From assembly GCF_902459465.1 (NCBI RefSeq), contig NC_047079.1:11532001-11596000 (forward strand): DNA of 64,000 nucleotides, in the 5' to 3' direction. Both the position numbers and the translations under genes were made by a program. This document shows positions 45,698-60,600 of the stretch, piece after piece. Below the pieces are notes generated by a model. It was not told the origin of the DNA and did no database searches. It worked only from the letters and a program-made list of their open reading frames with translations. This DNA is from Asterias rubens (Eukaryota). The stretch's first letter is position 1. Each line of letters starts with the position of its first letter.

Positions 45698-48600
45698 ATG
45701 AGCACGAATGAAGTGTTGCGAGCGGTTCGCACGGGACAGCTCGCTACCGTCAAACGCCTCCTCGCAACGGGTCAACTCGGCCGCAATATACGGGACCCGT
45801 ACGGGGCGACATGCCTGCATCTTGCTGCTCGCTCGGGGAATTTAGACCTTGTGAAATTCTTTGTGGAAGATGCGGGTCATTCTACAATTGCTACGGCTCA
45901 GAATGGAGCTTTACCGAGCCATGACGCGGCTGCTGCAGGCCACCAGAAATGCCTGGAATATCTGCTCCAATGGGGCTGTCCGGAGAACGCTAGAGACTAT
46001 AATGGGGCAACAGTTTTACATCTTAGTGCAAGGTAACTAACATTGATGATTTTATGCAAATATTGAGATTTGTTTTAATACCTTCTGAGTTAATTAGTCT
46101 TCATGAAAAATGACAACAATTATTGCTCTTTCACTAACTGACAGAAAGAAATCTATTTGGTTTCCAATTGTTTTCTTATGAGATGTTCTTTTTCAGTTTC
46201 TTCGAGTTTCCTCAATTTATTGTTATATGGAATTTTTACTTTTTAACTCTTTGTGGTGAAATTATCTTGTCTTTCCCATTTTAAACTGATGCAACGAAAC
46301 TGTGACTTGGAGGAAGGGGGGTATTGGTGCTCGATATGTGGCATGGATGGTGCCCCCCCCCCCCCCATTGTTCTCATTGTGTTCAATGGAATTTCAAGAA
46401 TTCTCAGAGGACTTATACTTCAAGGGGTTATACTTCTGTACAAGGAGGAAAATAGTACAAATGGGAACATGGCACATATTCAGAAAATAACTTGACACAA
46501 TGGACAATCAATATTTAAAGTCCAATTGATAATTTTGTTCATATTTTGTCTGTATATTATTTGAAGTTATTCATTAACTTTTCATATTTAGAGTGTTTGT
46601 TCAAGTTGGTTATAAATTTGTTATGAACGTTTTCACAAACACTCAATCGTGTGATTTAGACCCTTAACCCAGTCATTACCAGCAATCACATAATAAATAT
46701 ATAAACCACATACTGTGTTTAAAATCGATATTTTAAAAGCAATGGAATGTAAGTTGTTCAATGAAATGTTCCCCCCTTTTAAGAGAGATTGCTTAAAATT
46801 AGTTATTCTCTTAAGTTTTACTTTGACAAATATTTCCACTTGAGTGTTCTTGTTTGGATTTTTATTTGGAAAAGTTTCCGTATGGCGCCACCACTTTTTC
46901 ATTCGATATGAAATAACGTAGTATCTAATTTACCTCAATGGGATATCCCTTTTTGTAAAAATGAGTGACAAAGTGGTGGCGCCATACGGAAAGTTATCCT
47001 TTTATTTTGTGAATACTTAATTTACATTTATATTGCTTTGCACAAAAACATTTAATGAGATTTAAAATCTAACCAATATTTACATGCCAATTCTCCATGT
47101 TTTCACAATTTCCTCCCGACTCCCACAGCAGATTTGAGGCAAAATTTCTACAGGTTTGTTATTTTCATGATTGATAACACAAAACATGAACACTGTCTGA
47201 ATACTTTGTCAACTCGACCAACCCTGTTTTTTGTCTTTAAAATTAAGATGTCACATCTGATCAATGTCACTTTCCCCTTTGTAGATTTGGACATCTTAAT
47301 CATCTGCAATACCTTGTAGAGGAGAGAGCTTTAGATCTTAGAGACAAGGACAGAAGAGGTGTTAGCGTCTTACATTATGCCGCAGCTAAAGGAGACTTAT
47401 CATGTCTGCTATATCTCATCAATGCATTGCCAGAGTAAGTCATTATTGAAAGACACTGGACACTCAATTGGTGATAACTCAAAAACATTTTTAGCATGAA
47501 AATTTACTTGCTTGGTACGAGCCATGGAGAGCTGTTGATAGTATGACAAATTGTGAGAAACTGCTCCCTCTGAGGTAACTTAGTTTTTATGAAAGAGGTA
47601 ATTTCTCACTCAAATAATAAAATACTTCAGCTGAAGCCTTTTATTAGGCAGATTTAAGCACATAAATTTGTGGAACAAGGGTGGTTTTTCTTTCATTATT
47701 CTCTTACAACTTTGATGACCAATTGAGTAAAAATGTTTGCAGATTTGTCATGTTGGGATACACCAAGTGAGAATACTGGTCTTTGACAATTACCAAATGT
47801 GTACAGTGCCTTTAAAGGCTTTGTGTCTAAGAAAGTAAATTATGCATTTGTCTCATTACTCCTATCCTCAATGGGGTTTTGATTTCTATAGTGATGGTCT
47901 CTCGATGATGTAAGATGTGCTTTGAGGAGGAGAGAACTCATCATCCCCAACATGTCTTGGATTGCTTATTCATAGTGAAAAAAATAATCACACAAAAAAA
48001 ATGGCCTTGCGTTTTCAACCCTATAGCAGATCTATCTTTCTCCAAGGCCAAGTAACAACACAACACGCATAAACAAATGTCTTTATTGTTACAGGGAAAA
48101 ATATTTCAAAAATAATGATTGTCACTTTTATGACAAGAAACCTATAGTGATAAAAACAGTAAACATGCAACTGAACTGTGACAAGTTTTATAAATTTGAA
48201 TTACTGTCCAACAAATAACAATTCTGCTGATGTTTAAATCCATAAATTCAAAATACCTGCTGAGATTTTGTATAAACATATTTTTCCTAAGGTTATTCTT
48301 TCTTAACTGTTCCTTGAAATTTTTGACAATTTTATTACTTGGATTTCAGATCTCTGACTAGAATGTGGCAACTTGTGCAATTTCTTTTATAAATGTTTAG
48401 GGCCTACCCTTTTAAAAAATCTCAGTTTACTTTGCACACAAATGCTAATATCATGATGACCTCATGCTATTCTGTATTTGGCTTATTTAATTAAATGTAT
48501 TGATCACTTTTAACACCTGCAAATTCCTGTCTACACTTAACCTTGTACTTTGATCACGTTGAGTAAACAATCTAAACCATTAGGAAATCATATCTGCCAA

Positions 48601-51600
48601 TGTCTGGTAAATTAATTGGCTAACACGGTTCTGTTAAATTCCCCGTTTGAAAATCGCTGTTTTTTTTCTCTCTGTATGAATTCAATTCATTTAATATTAG
48701 TACCTATCAAACAAAACAAATAATTTGCATCGAATTATTTCTTTGCTCATAGCAAGTCAATTTTCAAGGTAAATGAAAAGAACCATTGGTTGGTATGGTC
48801 TAAATGTTTTGAAGAGTATTTTATTCATTTCTCGTTTCTTCAGGAAAAATATTTTTTTTATGGACACCATGCACAGCTTCAAACATATCTCACACTTTGT
48901 ATTCGTTGTTTCTAATTATTTATATGCATAAAGAAAAGAATGTCAACAATTCATAAACATTTTGCTGTTAAGATGCTCCCCGAATTGAAAATATTTACTT
49001 ATTAATATTTTTACTGTGTAATGCCACAAATATAAATTCAAGAAGTTGACATTTTGACAATGTAGGCTTGGAGAAAAATGCTTGAGGTTTTGACATTTTA
49101 TCAATTAACATTAAATCTTCTAGTCTCTAATTAACATAACGGATCTTACCAAATCAAAGAAGCATAAGTGTGAACCATCTTTCAGTTTACCACTTAAAGC
49201 AACCCTAAATGGCTGTTGTGACTGAACTCTAATGTTAAGTGTTTTATGCAGTAAAGCATGAAACAAATTTCCACATCCATCAATGACTCTGGCCATGAAA
49301 TTCCGATGAATGTGTCAATCCCTGGTTGTCCTGACCATAGAACAAAATAAAGTATCTCAACTTGGTAGGAATGAATTTGGACTCTAGGGTGGCTTTTATA
49401 AAACCTTTTTATAATACAAAAAAGATGATGAACATAAATTATTTTGTCAGGAAATCTACCTTTTGACACCTTAACCCTGACAGACTATGCAGTTTGGGAA
49501 ATCTATCTTTCTATATCTATCTATCTATCTAGCATATGTCGCTCCCCTGCAGAAGAAAGTCCTCTTTTTGACCATTCCACATTGGTCTTTCTTGTGCATG
49601 TGTGGCCTAAATTTTCTCCATACCATTCCACAATTATTTGGATTTTGGTATAATTTAAATGCCTGACTCTTTGATACACACTTAACTGTTTTGTCCTACC
49701 AACCCCAAGGCTTCTGAATCTTTCACTCTGGCAATCGTTGAAAAAAACTCAGGCTGAACACAATCCATATTTTAAATTAGTAACTGATCCCCACCCTTCC
49801 TCTTTCCACTAGTTAAGGATCCAAGAAAATCACAGACTAAAGCACCATAAAACTTTCTGGATTACTTAGTTGTAGCTAAATTTGCAACAAATTAGTAAAT
49901 GTATAAATACATTCAATATTTTATTGCATAACTGCATACTGTTTATTCATATACCTCTCTTAATTCATTATTCCATAATATTCAAATATTGATTTTTGCT
50001 AACATCTGGAATATTATTTCCATTGTTTATAATGACTGTGCTTCAACTTACCACTTGAAAACATATGTGATTATGTAAATGACAGACTATAGAAACATCC
50101 CCAACACTTCATAAACAGCAAATTTACTATAAAAACAAATCAATAAATAAACTCTGGAGTCTCTAGACAGAATTGAAGGCACTAAAATAACTCTGCAATT
50201 GCATCAGTATACATTGACAATTAGGGGCCTACTTGATTGCAAAAAATAATAGAACTGAAAATTTTGCACTTTATTGTTTACCTTAGAAATATAAAACAAA
50301 TACAACAAACATTCATATTATTATTTTTTTTTTTAACTCAAAACGAGTATACAAAATAGAAAGAAGAAAAAAAACATAACAGTAATTCAATTGAAACATA
50401 TTAAGTAATGCATTTAATGCTTTGCGAAAAGTCGCACTTAAAAAAAAACTTAAAAAAAACACAACCCCCCCCCCAAAAAAAAAAACCCACAAAAATATAT
50501 ATATATACATATATAGGCCTATAAAAATTAATATTACAAATAAAATAAATGAAAATAACAGTTCAATATCATTCTTTTGTTTTTATGATTAGTCATATTT
50601 ATTGAAATCTGTTTGCAAAATCAGAGCCCATTCCAGTCTATTCTTTAAAGTCAAACTGATCATTGGGCTTGAAGTTATTCCTCATTTAAAGAGAAACCAT
50701 TTTTATGCAAATTGTAGCGAGTGAAAATGTGCCACTATTGTGTGTTATCGCCAGGAAGTCTTTTGTAGCGTTTCATCCTGAACTATTCCAACCTACAAGC
50801 CAGGAACACCTGCTTTTTGTAAAGCATGGCACTCAATAAGCCAATAGATACATCTAGCTATGGCTGATACTTATTTAGTGTGAGGATGAAGACTGAAATG
50901 GACAAGTCTTGTTTTCAAGTTGTTATTATAGTCTCTAAATTTTTGCTAGGAATATGCTATTTGCAAACAGCCTGGTAATCATTTAATATTCCCATTAAAT
51001 GCAGATCACACTCTTCAGTAAAACATAAATAGGCTAAATAATACAAAAAAATTGTTTGTATCGTAAAATTCGATCAAAGCTGCACTTATTTTGTAAAAGT
51101 CAATTAACGTTAAAATGTATCATTAATTAATATTTTTAAATATTAATTATATCATTAATTAATATTGAAGTATTCCATTTTGTACCTGTTTTTATTTTAC
51201 AATAATCATGTAGAAAACATGTAGATTAAGATTGTTGAATGAAATGTGTTTCATATTAAATAAATTCTTATAGGAAGTTTCATAATAATTGTTCAGAGAA
51301 AACATAATGTCTCACTAAACACTTAATAAATATTTGAAGCCTTACCAACATAAAACCAAAAAAACAAGACCAACCTTTAAAAAAACAATCTGAAATTTTC
51401 AAATATTAAATTTATATATTTTCCTGTTATTTGAATATTGTATGGTTATACACTGCTTGAGTAAAACTGCACATACACACCCTCTTCAATGTTATTAAAT
51501 TTAAAAGTAATATCACAAATAATTTGTAATTTTTCTGAAATGAAATGCTGATTCTATTCATGGAACACGTTTGTTTTGACAAAACAAAGACCGTCAAAAT

Positions 51601-54600
51601 CCCCAGCAGACATCTCAGAAATAAAAAAAAAAAATTGAGCCTTCGTCAACATTCGCATCCTTTTACTCTAATGTGTATTGACACAAGAGAGTGGGTTCTA
51701 CTGTGGTTTTCCTGTTCCATTTTATCTGAGAGATAGAAACTGAAAAATGACATGTTCAAAGTCAAACTAGAGAGCCATTATTGAAATCTAATTGATAATG
51801 AGAGTGAATTGAGTGACAGAAACCCATTAAAATTTATTAAATTTTTCAGGCATCAACTCTTGTTTTGTTTTATTTTATTTCGTTGATTGATTGAGTGTTT
51901 ACCTTACAGTTATTTGAATTTATAATAATAATAAAGACTTGTAATGTGCACAAATCCACCCTGCTGGGTGTTCAAGTTGCAGTATAAGGTATAATGACAA
52001 GTATGAAATTTGTTTTTTAATAGTTGGATAATTTAACATCATAAAGGCTGTAATTATAAGTACTAATTCAATCTACGATTGGAGCAAGTAAGGGAAAATA
52101 GAAGCTTTTAAATTAATAATAATATCATACTTTTAATCCCCCAATCTGTTATAATGAATAACAGCGTATGAAGAAAATAAAATACCCATTCAAAAAATAT
52201 AATTCTGGTTATATTAATTGAATGTTCCTTGCTGTGAAAAATCTCTCATATAAAGTTTTCCCCATCACAAAAACAATCAATTGAGATTAATATAATTGCA
52301 GTCACTTCCAATCATTTCTTCAGAAAAGTCTTAATTGTTGTTACATTTGTTAGCTTGCCAATTATTGGAGCAAAAATAATGATATTTATTTTAATATTTG
52401 TGTTTTTTTCTGTTCAATGCAGCATGGCAAATGAGCGAACTGAGAACGGTGCAACACCAGCTTACTTCGCAGCCCAGAATGGCAACTTAGCGAGCCTTCA
52501 ACATCTTGTGAAGAAAGCGGGGGCCAACGTGCACCTGCGGGCAAATGATGGGATGCAACCTGTACATGCCGCAGCACAGACCGGCCAACTACACTGTGTC
52601 ATATGGCTGGTAAGAATCATAGAGTATAGAAGACAGCAGATACAGATAGTGTGGATAGGGTACACCTCCCCTCCCCTCCCCCAGCCCCTTTACTCCCTGG
52701 CAAGCCTCATACAATGTATGAGTATGGTGGTACACTGTTCTATTCAATGGCCAGGCATCCAGGCCGCAAAAAAACTCCTTTAGCCAACAGCCATCTTGAT
52801 CCACTCCTGGAAAGGGATTATGCCAGCACTCTACCAGCTGAGCTATCAAGCCTTATGAAGATCCTTCGAGCAAGTATGGTGGAGTGATGGCGCATTAATC
52901 TGGAGGTCAGCGGTTCAAATCCCGCTGAAGTAATTTTGTCTTTGTTTAATCCAAAAATGCAATGATTCATTTGCTGATGGGTTTACTTTTGTTGTTAGAG
53001 TTATTTGTTTTTAACAACCAGAAATCAGCAGATACAGAGAGCCTTGAGAGGTAGGACACCCCCCCCCCCCACTTCCCTCCCTGGCAAGACTAGTACAATC
53101 CATGTATTTGATGGTAAGCTATTGTATCTAATGGCCAGGCATCCCCTCCAATGAACTCCTTCAGTAAGTAACACCATTTATCCACCCCAACCCTTGAGAA
53201 GAAGGGAAAAGGCTGCCGCCCTCAAAAACCTGTTTTCATTATTTTGTATTCTGGTTTAAAACAAAATATTTATGAATAAAAAAAGGAAATCCATCTGCAA
53301 ATTTGTTGTTGCATTTTTGGAATGTACAAACAAAATTTTACGATAGCAGGATTTGAACCTTCAACCTCTGGATTAATGTCCCAACACTCTACCAACTGAG
53401 TTATCCAATATAGTCATATGGTGTCAGTTTTCCTTGTGGTTTATCATACTTTGAATTGTATTTTTGCAAACATTTGTTCTCTGACTGGCATTTTCAAGCA
53501 TGTTTGTTTTGTAATCAGAACATCAAAATGCATATTATACCTATAATTAAATGGAAATGACAAAACATACTTTTGTTGCTAACGATTGAAAGCATGCCAT
53601 GAGCACGTACCAAGCACTTCATTGAAGCCTCTTCAAATTTGAAGTGGTTTCATGATTTACATACTTGAACCTTATTGGGTTGTCTGGATGGAAGAAAGGT
53701 TTAGTTATTTGTTCTAGGAGGTGGTTTCCATGGAAAAGCTTCATTGTGTTTTTTAAATGTAAAAGACTGATAAAGAAAAGCAGCAGGAGTGAAAACAATG
53801 GAGGGAGTGACCACACTGGCTTAATGACCCAGAAAACAAATTGTGAACAACTGAGAATTTTTCTATTTGCAATCCACTTTGAAGAAAAAATGTAAGTTTC
53901 AATAATGATGAAGAATATGGAGACAGTGCTTGATTTCTGAAGACAATCTCCACTAGACCACACCCTGTAGCTCCAAACTTTTACTTAACCAGGAGGGCCT
54001 AAAATATTTTTCTTTTTATATTTTGCTGAACTTTCAGGAGAAGGAAGTGTTAAGGTATAGGCAAATTTTGGAGGGGACACCCTTCTGCCATTGGGTATGA
54101 TCCTATTCTAATTATTCCTAGTATTGTGTTTCAGATCCAAGAGCAAGGCGTGTTACCAATGGAGAGAGATAACGATGGTGCTACTCCTCTTCACTTTGCT
54201 GCTAGCCGTGGTCAGTCAAATGTAGTCCGATGGCTGCTTGGGAACGGAGCAACCTGTGATAAAGATCACCTTGGAGGTACTCCATTACATGACGCTGCTG
54301 AGCATGGTCAATTAGAGGTATGCGTTAGTAACAGGTGGATTTATGTAATGAAGGGCGTTAGAGTTTGGAGATCATTGAAGGTGGGGGCTTGGATAAAAAA
54401 TGATTATGATTACAGGCCTGGGGCTGAGTTCACAAAGAGCTAAGATTGATCGTAACTGCAAATCAATCGTAGTTGCTTAGTATAGTGTGATGTCGCGTAG
54501 TCACAATACAAATCACTATGGTGATACTGACAATTTGTCTTACGATGGATTTTATTGCCTTGATGAAATCCAACCCTAGAATTACACACAGAGGCCATGA

Positions 54601-57600
54601 CCTCTGTTGCCCCTGGCCTTGGCCTTGGTGCCCCTTAAATGTTTCCTTTAGATTTTACGATTTTCCAATGGAAGTGACTGTTACAACAGCACATTCTCCA
54701 TGGCTGCCCCTTGCCTATGGAATGAGCTCCCCGCGGGTCTGCGAGAGGCGATCTCATATCTGTTTCCCCACCCATCCTAGTTTGTTTCTTTTTCCTTTTT
54801 TTCCTAGTCTCATGTAAAGCGCTCTGTTCTCCGTAGAGCGCTATATAAATGCTTCGTATTATTAGGGACTAGCAGAAATAATTAAACATAATTCCTAGGA
54901 ATAATTTTACTAAATATTCATTTGTTAATTTCGGTTTGATTTTATTCACAGTGCGCCAAGATCATAGTTGAGCATGGTTGTGATGTAAACAAAGAAGATA
55001 AAGATTTTCTTGTTGCATCCGATCTAGCCAAAAAGTGCGGTCATCTACAAGTTTCAAAATATCTTCGAAGTATCGAGAAAAGGGTAAGTTGACTAAATTA
55101 AATCAGTTTGTTGTCAGTCGTTCATAAGAACCTGGCTTCATAAGTTCTTTGTGACACACTACACCTCTTCATTACCCAAACTTGAGTGCTTTATTTTATA
55201 GAGTTGCTGAAGCAGAAAATATTGCTTAGTAAGTTTCTGCTGAGCAAAAAATAGCAGAAAACAAGTCACAACTGGTATAATATATGAGATGGTATTTAGG
55301 CTGGTAAGCATAATTGTTTTGTGTTTTGATTGTTTTGTGTTTTCACAACAAATAATGTTCTTGAAATTCGGCCAGCCTTGTACATATATATATTCAGTAA
55401 AAGCTTAAAAGTGAAGCATTCATTTTATCACTTTCTACCTTTGTTTAAAGATTTTAAATTTAAATATATTATTTGTTAGTTGTTTCAATTGTCTTATTAA
55501 AGTTGAAATCAGGGTACTTTTCTTGTTTTTGTTGTGGCTATAGAAAACTTGACCTAGAAGCAACTTTGAATTCAAATAGTAAAATAATCTTGTTTATGTT
55601 CATTTTTGTTTCAGAGTGGAAAGGTCAAGGGCAAAGGACGCAGTTGTCACAACATCCCTTCTGATCATGAGGCTGGAGTGTACGTCAAACACAGCTCCCC
55701 AACCTCCTCCTCTTTATCGTCCTCCATCCTGTCTGACCACGAGAGCTCATCCTCCATGGGAACCATCGGTGAGGAACTCATCGAACGTCTTGGTTGCTAT
55801 GAAGTCACCGAGTCACCGGAGCCTACACCTGATCCAGAGTACGTCCAGCTTTTTGATAAACTTTCTGAAATTGACCCTTCACGGCAAGGATTTGTCAAAA
55901 TCACTCCGAAGAAAAAAAAAAAGTCTCCTCAGAAATTTAATGACGCAAAAGACGTTTGCACTCAAGGAACTCAAACAGATGATGGAAGGGAGAACAATGT
56001 TCCTCAAGAAAAAAAATTGGTAACCACCCCACCTGCCATTTCGCCAAAGAAGAGTCTCCGGAGACAGACCGCGAGAGAAGAGTCTGTCATATCATATCCG
56101 AAGAATGCTTGGACATCACAAAGTCCTGATGAAACGGTTACATCTCCGACAAAGCTCTCACCTGACAAGAAAGAGCTACGATTCAGCACGACGGTGATGG
56201 TGGAAGAAATCGCACGGAGAGAGGATAATCAGATGAGCCCAAAGAAACGATCGGTGCAAATGATTCCGCTTAATTCATCTCTGGAAGCAGTCATCAAATC
56301 ACCGCTGCTTCGAAGACAAGCACACATACTGTCCTCACCACCACCTCTCACCAACTCACCACCTCCTGATTTGAGAGCGATAACTCCCAACAGGCCCACG
56401 AAGATTGTGATACCAACGGCTTTAGCAGCATCACCCTTTGGACTTTCAAATGGAACTGATCACAATCGCAAACCACGCGATGTGTCGTCACGTTTGTCTT
56501 TCATCACCTCTAGTATAGTCACTCCATCCCCCACTCCTCCACCTCCACCAGCTCTCCCTAATGGCTTTAACCACCGCAGTCCGACCAGCAGTGTATCACC
56601 ACGTTTGTCACCACATCTGTCACCTCATGTGGCAGGTCCACCGTCACCCAGTGATCTGGCTGGTGTGGTTCTGAAGCCCACCAGCTCAAACAGCTCCCCG
56701 AGACCATCAAGTAAGTCTTAAACTATTATCAAAATCTTTTAAAACTTATTCCCTTAGGCATCCTTTGTAAACTCCAGAACTAAGAAAGTGGGCTCGAGTC
56801 TCCCCTTAGTCTAGAGGATGAAGCCCCTGAACCTCCTGGGGGTTATAGCAGAGGATTCTTTCTACAATGTCACTACAAATGTATAAATTTACTTCTAAAT
56901 TTTGAAGAAGAAAAAATACTTTGTACTCGGCAAGAAAGAAATGCAGGTTTTCTAATACATTAAATCGATACTATCCTCCAAGCTCAATTCACAACAAATA
57001 TCCCAACATGCATATCATTTAGCATTTTGCCTACAAACCTTTTCAAAATAACTCAATATGTTGTCTTAAATTTTGTTGATTTCACAAAAACGGTTGCTCA
57101 GAAAACAACATTCTTAAAGGAACGTTACAGAATTGGTAAGAAACAAAATCACAGAAACAAAGTTCACAGATTTACATCAAACTTACACGGTTTAATGATG
57201 ATGATACTGAAAAGCATCCCTTGAAATAATTATGACTGAAATGTCATATTTAGTGAGAGATTAATAATCTAATTTCGCGTTTGGAGTTTATCGCTCAGTG
57301 AGCATTTTATTCTGTTTTTTTTTCTTCCATCGATGTCATGCAAAATGTGTAATCGGTTTTTCACTATTTTCTCGTGACCAGTAGACTGATCTATCTCAAA
57401 CTTCTACAGGTTTGTAAGTTTATGTATATGGTGGATTATATCGGGGTGTCGTGGCCGAGCGGATAAGACCACCGAATTCAAGCTCTGATGCTTCTGTTCA
57501 GCAGAGTGTGGGTTCGAATCCCGGTCATGACACTTGTGTCCCTGAGCAAGACACTTAACTATAATTGCTTCTCTCCACCCAGGGGTATATGGGTACCTGT

Positions 57601-60600
57601 GAGGGCAGAGATGGTTCTTGTGATTGATTTAGCCGAGTAGCGCATATTAATGTTGCACAGGCTGCATACTCCCCACCAGGGAGTTGAGATGGTTTAAGGA
57701 GTGATTTAAGGCCCAGTGACCAGGGGTAATAATGTGAAGTGCTTTGGGACGCCCTCCGGGTGTGAAAAGCGCTATATAAAAACGGGTTATTATTATTATT
57801 ATTATGATTACATAGAGTGTTTACACTACCAACAACTGTTTGTTAGCAAAACCAATTCTGTAATGTTCCTTTAATTCAACATAAACTACAGTATGCTTGT
57901 TAAGTTCAACCATTTCTCCTGTATCCATTCATCTCCTGAATATTTATTTCCCAGTAAGGAAATTCAATTTGTGTTTTTGTTCGAGGTTCTCCTAGCAGGG
58001 GAAATCATGCTGATTTAATCGCGGAGATAAAGGCTGGGACCTCGCTCCGACAAACACGAATTAATCAGTCTGGATTCATTCGGGTAAGAAGTCAATTTCA
58101 AGATGTATTCCTCCGTGACATTTTGAAGGATTTACTCTTTTGTTAGTTCCCAACATATTATTATGGAATCTCCTTCCTGTTTCCTATTATCAGGGCCCAA
58201 TTTCATAAAGCTGTTAAGCATAAAATATTGCTTTTGCTTAAAAAATGTTTTTGCTAAGCAAAAATTTAGTGGGCACCAGTCAAAACAACAGTCACTTCAA
58301 CAGCTCTCCATTGATTGTACCAAGTAAGTTTTTATGCTAACAATTATTTTGAGTGATTACCAATAGTGTCCAGAAATCTTGATAAATTTAAACTAAGCAT
58401 GATTCTCTTTCCTACGTCCTTTACACTGATATCAACTGTTTTTTGTTTTGATTTGTTTGAAAAAGAGAGAAGGAGCTAATTTTGCTGTTAACAAACTGCC
58501 TACCAATTAGCCATTGACACAACCAATTTGGTTTTGTTGTTTGTTTGTTGATTCATTTCCTGAATCATTTGTCCATGATGCAATTATTAGATCTCTTCAC
58601 TCTGGTCTAGACTTTCTTAGGGGACATAGAGGTCTTGGTGCCACTTTAAAAAAAAAAAAAAAATTATAAAAAAAAATGCTTTGGCAAACAGCTTATCCGC
58701 CAATGATTACACATAATATGTTCATTGAATATACAACCTAAAAGGTTGCTCTCTCAATTGCATATTGTGAAAGAGCCTAGCTTTAAATCTCATTGTCGTT
58801 AATTGCAATTTTGTTAAATTAAATTTAATTATACTGATAGCCATATGCACTTTTTAGCAGCAAATGTAAAAAGACTACGATCCATTAGATATCATCACTG
58901 TCAGAATTTTTATAATTTTTCAGCCAGAATAAATTATGTAAAAACGAACTGTAATTGATGAATGCCTATAACGTATCTTTGATGGCAAAATTAATTTCGC
59001 TTCATTCTACAGTACTTGAACAGCATGAATTGTAGTTAAGTGCTCTGCATACGAGTTGTATATTATATGATTTTTCTGTAGTGGCCAGGGACATATAAAA
59101 ATAACAATATTTTATTATTACGGCTGTAATTGTCAATGACCCAGCTGCTAGCAGATGTGATTTAAATAAAGCCAGGAAAGTCTAAACTCCTAGGACAATT
59201 AATTTACAAGTTAATTAAGTCATGCAATAATTTAATTATTCCTCAATAATTTTAGTAGTTATCCTTGTGCTGGTGCCGTGGCATCCCACATTGGGAAAGA
59301 CAGACAGAGGAGGGCTATGCAAAACATACATTGAACCAACTATAAAGCCCCGTTCACACAAGAGTAGTTTAGCAAGGGTCCCTTGTTAAATTGTAGCATG
59401 ATTGTAAAATGTTACCAAATGTACCATTGCCCAAGTTCCCTTGCAAAATCTTGTCATACATTGCTACATTTTACAACCATGTTAAAGTTTAGCAAGGGAC
59501 CCCAGTTAAATTGCTGGTGTGTGAAAAACTTAAGACTCCAACCTGACCTATGAGAACAAAGGCAATTGCATGATGGACAGGAACATTTGGAAAGCCATCA
59601 CATAGGCCTACATGTATGTCCAGTGGAAGCTTGGAGTGAATGACATGAATAATTTCTTCAAAATAGCTTTATCAACCCAAAATACATGCTGCACGAAATC
59701 AAATTTGTTCTTCTATCTTTCCGTTTTTCGAGTATAATTTTCTATTTAAGTAAATATTCCTTTTAATAGGTTAGCATCAGGATAAAGAATATGTATCCAC
59801 ACACTAATATGTTAAGCACTGTATACTTGGTACTTTCCTGAGTCCTGTGAAAATAAAATCCACAGGCATTGTACTCAGGTGGCAATACGAACCCATCGCC
59901 TTTACCATTTTAGAGCAAATCTCCTGCCACTAGACCACCAAGATTGCTTGGTAGCCAGAGGCATTTCAAATCCTATTTCTAATACATTGTATTAAATTGT
60001 CATTAAAATTAGTTTATGGACACTTTAAATATTAATCTTGACAGGTGAATAAGGACACTACACCAAGAAACCTGAGTGCTGTCTTGGATAAAGGACCCAA
60101 GGTGTACTATGCTGCAGACTTCTTAGCTAAGATACCAATGGTGAGTGAAGGTGGGATTGAGCTACCGGACTGGAAGAGACGATTCCTGGCTAAGAAGGAA
60201 GCTGATAAAGCTAATCTACAAGCAGCTACTGACTACAAAATAGAGAAGGTATGTAAGAATTTCTTCCATTTCATTTAATTTATTGTGTACAATATGATTT
60301 GAGGCATTGCATGGTGAAGTATCAATAAATATTTGGTTTGCGGTAACGCCAAGTGTGTATCTACTTGCCAGGTAGAGTTTGTTCTTTGTACAATGTTGGA
60401 TAACTGTCTTTCTATATAATACTTCCACTGAGTAGATTTATGGGATTGTTCGATAGGGAGCTGAGATGGTTTAAGGAATGTTTTAAGGCCCAGTGACCAG
60501 GGGTACTAAGGTTGGAAGTACTTTGAGACGCCTTTCGGGTTGTGATAAAGTGCTCTGTAAAAATTGATAATTATTATTTACTATTATATTATTATTATTA

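Noticed and set aside
53619-53963. 114-aa minus-strand ORF in espin intron 3 as a nested gene
   Set aside because: No recognisable domain, no ATG context and no partner exons found.
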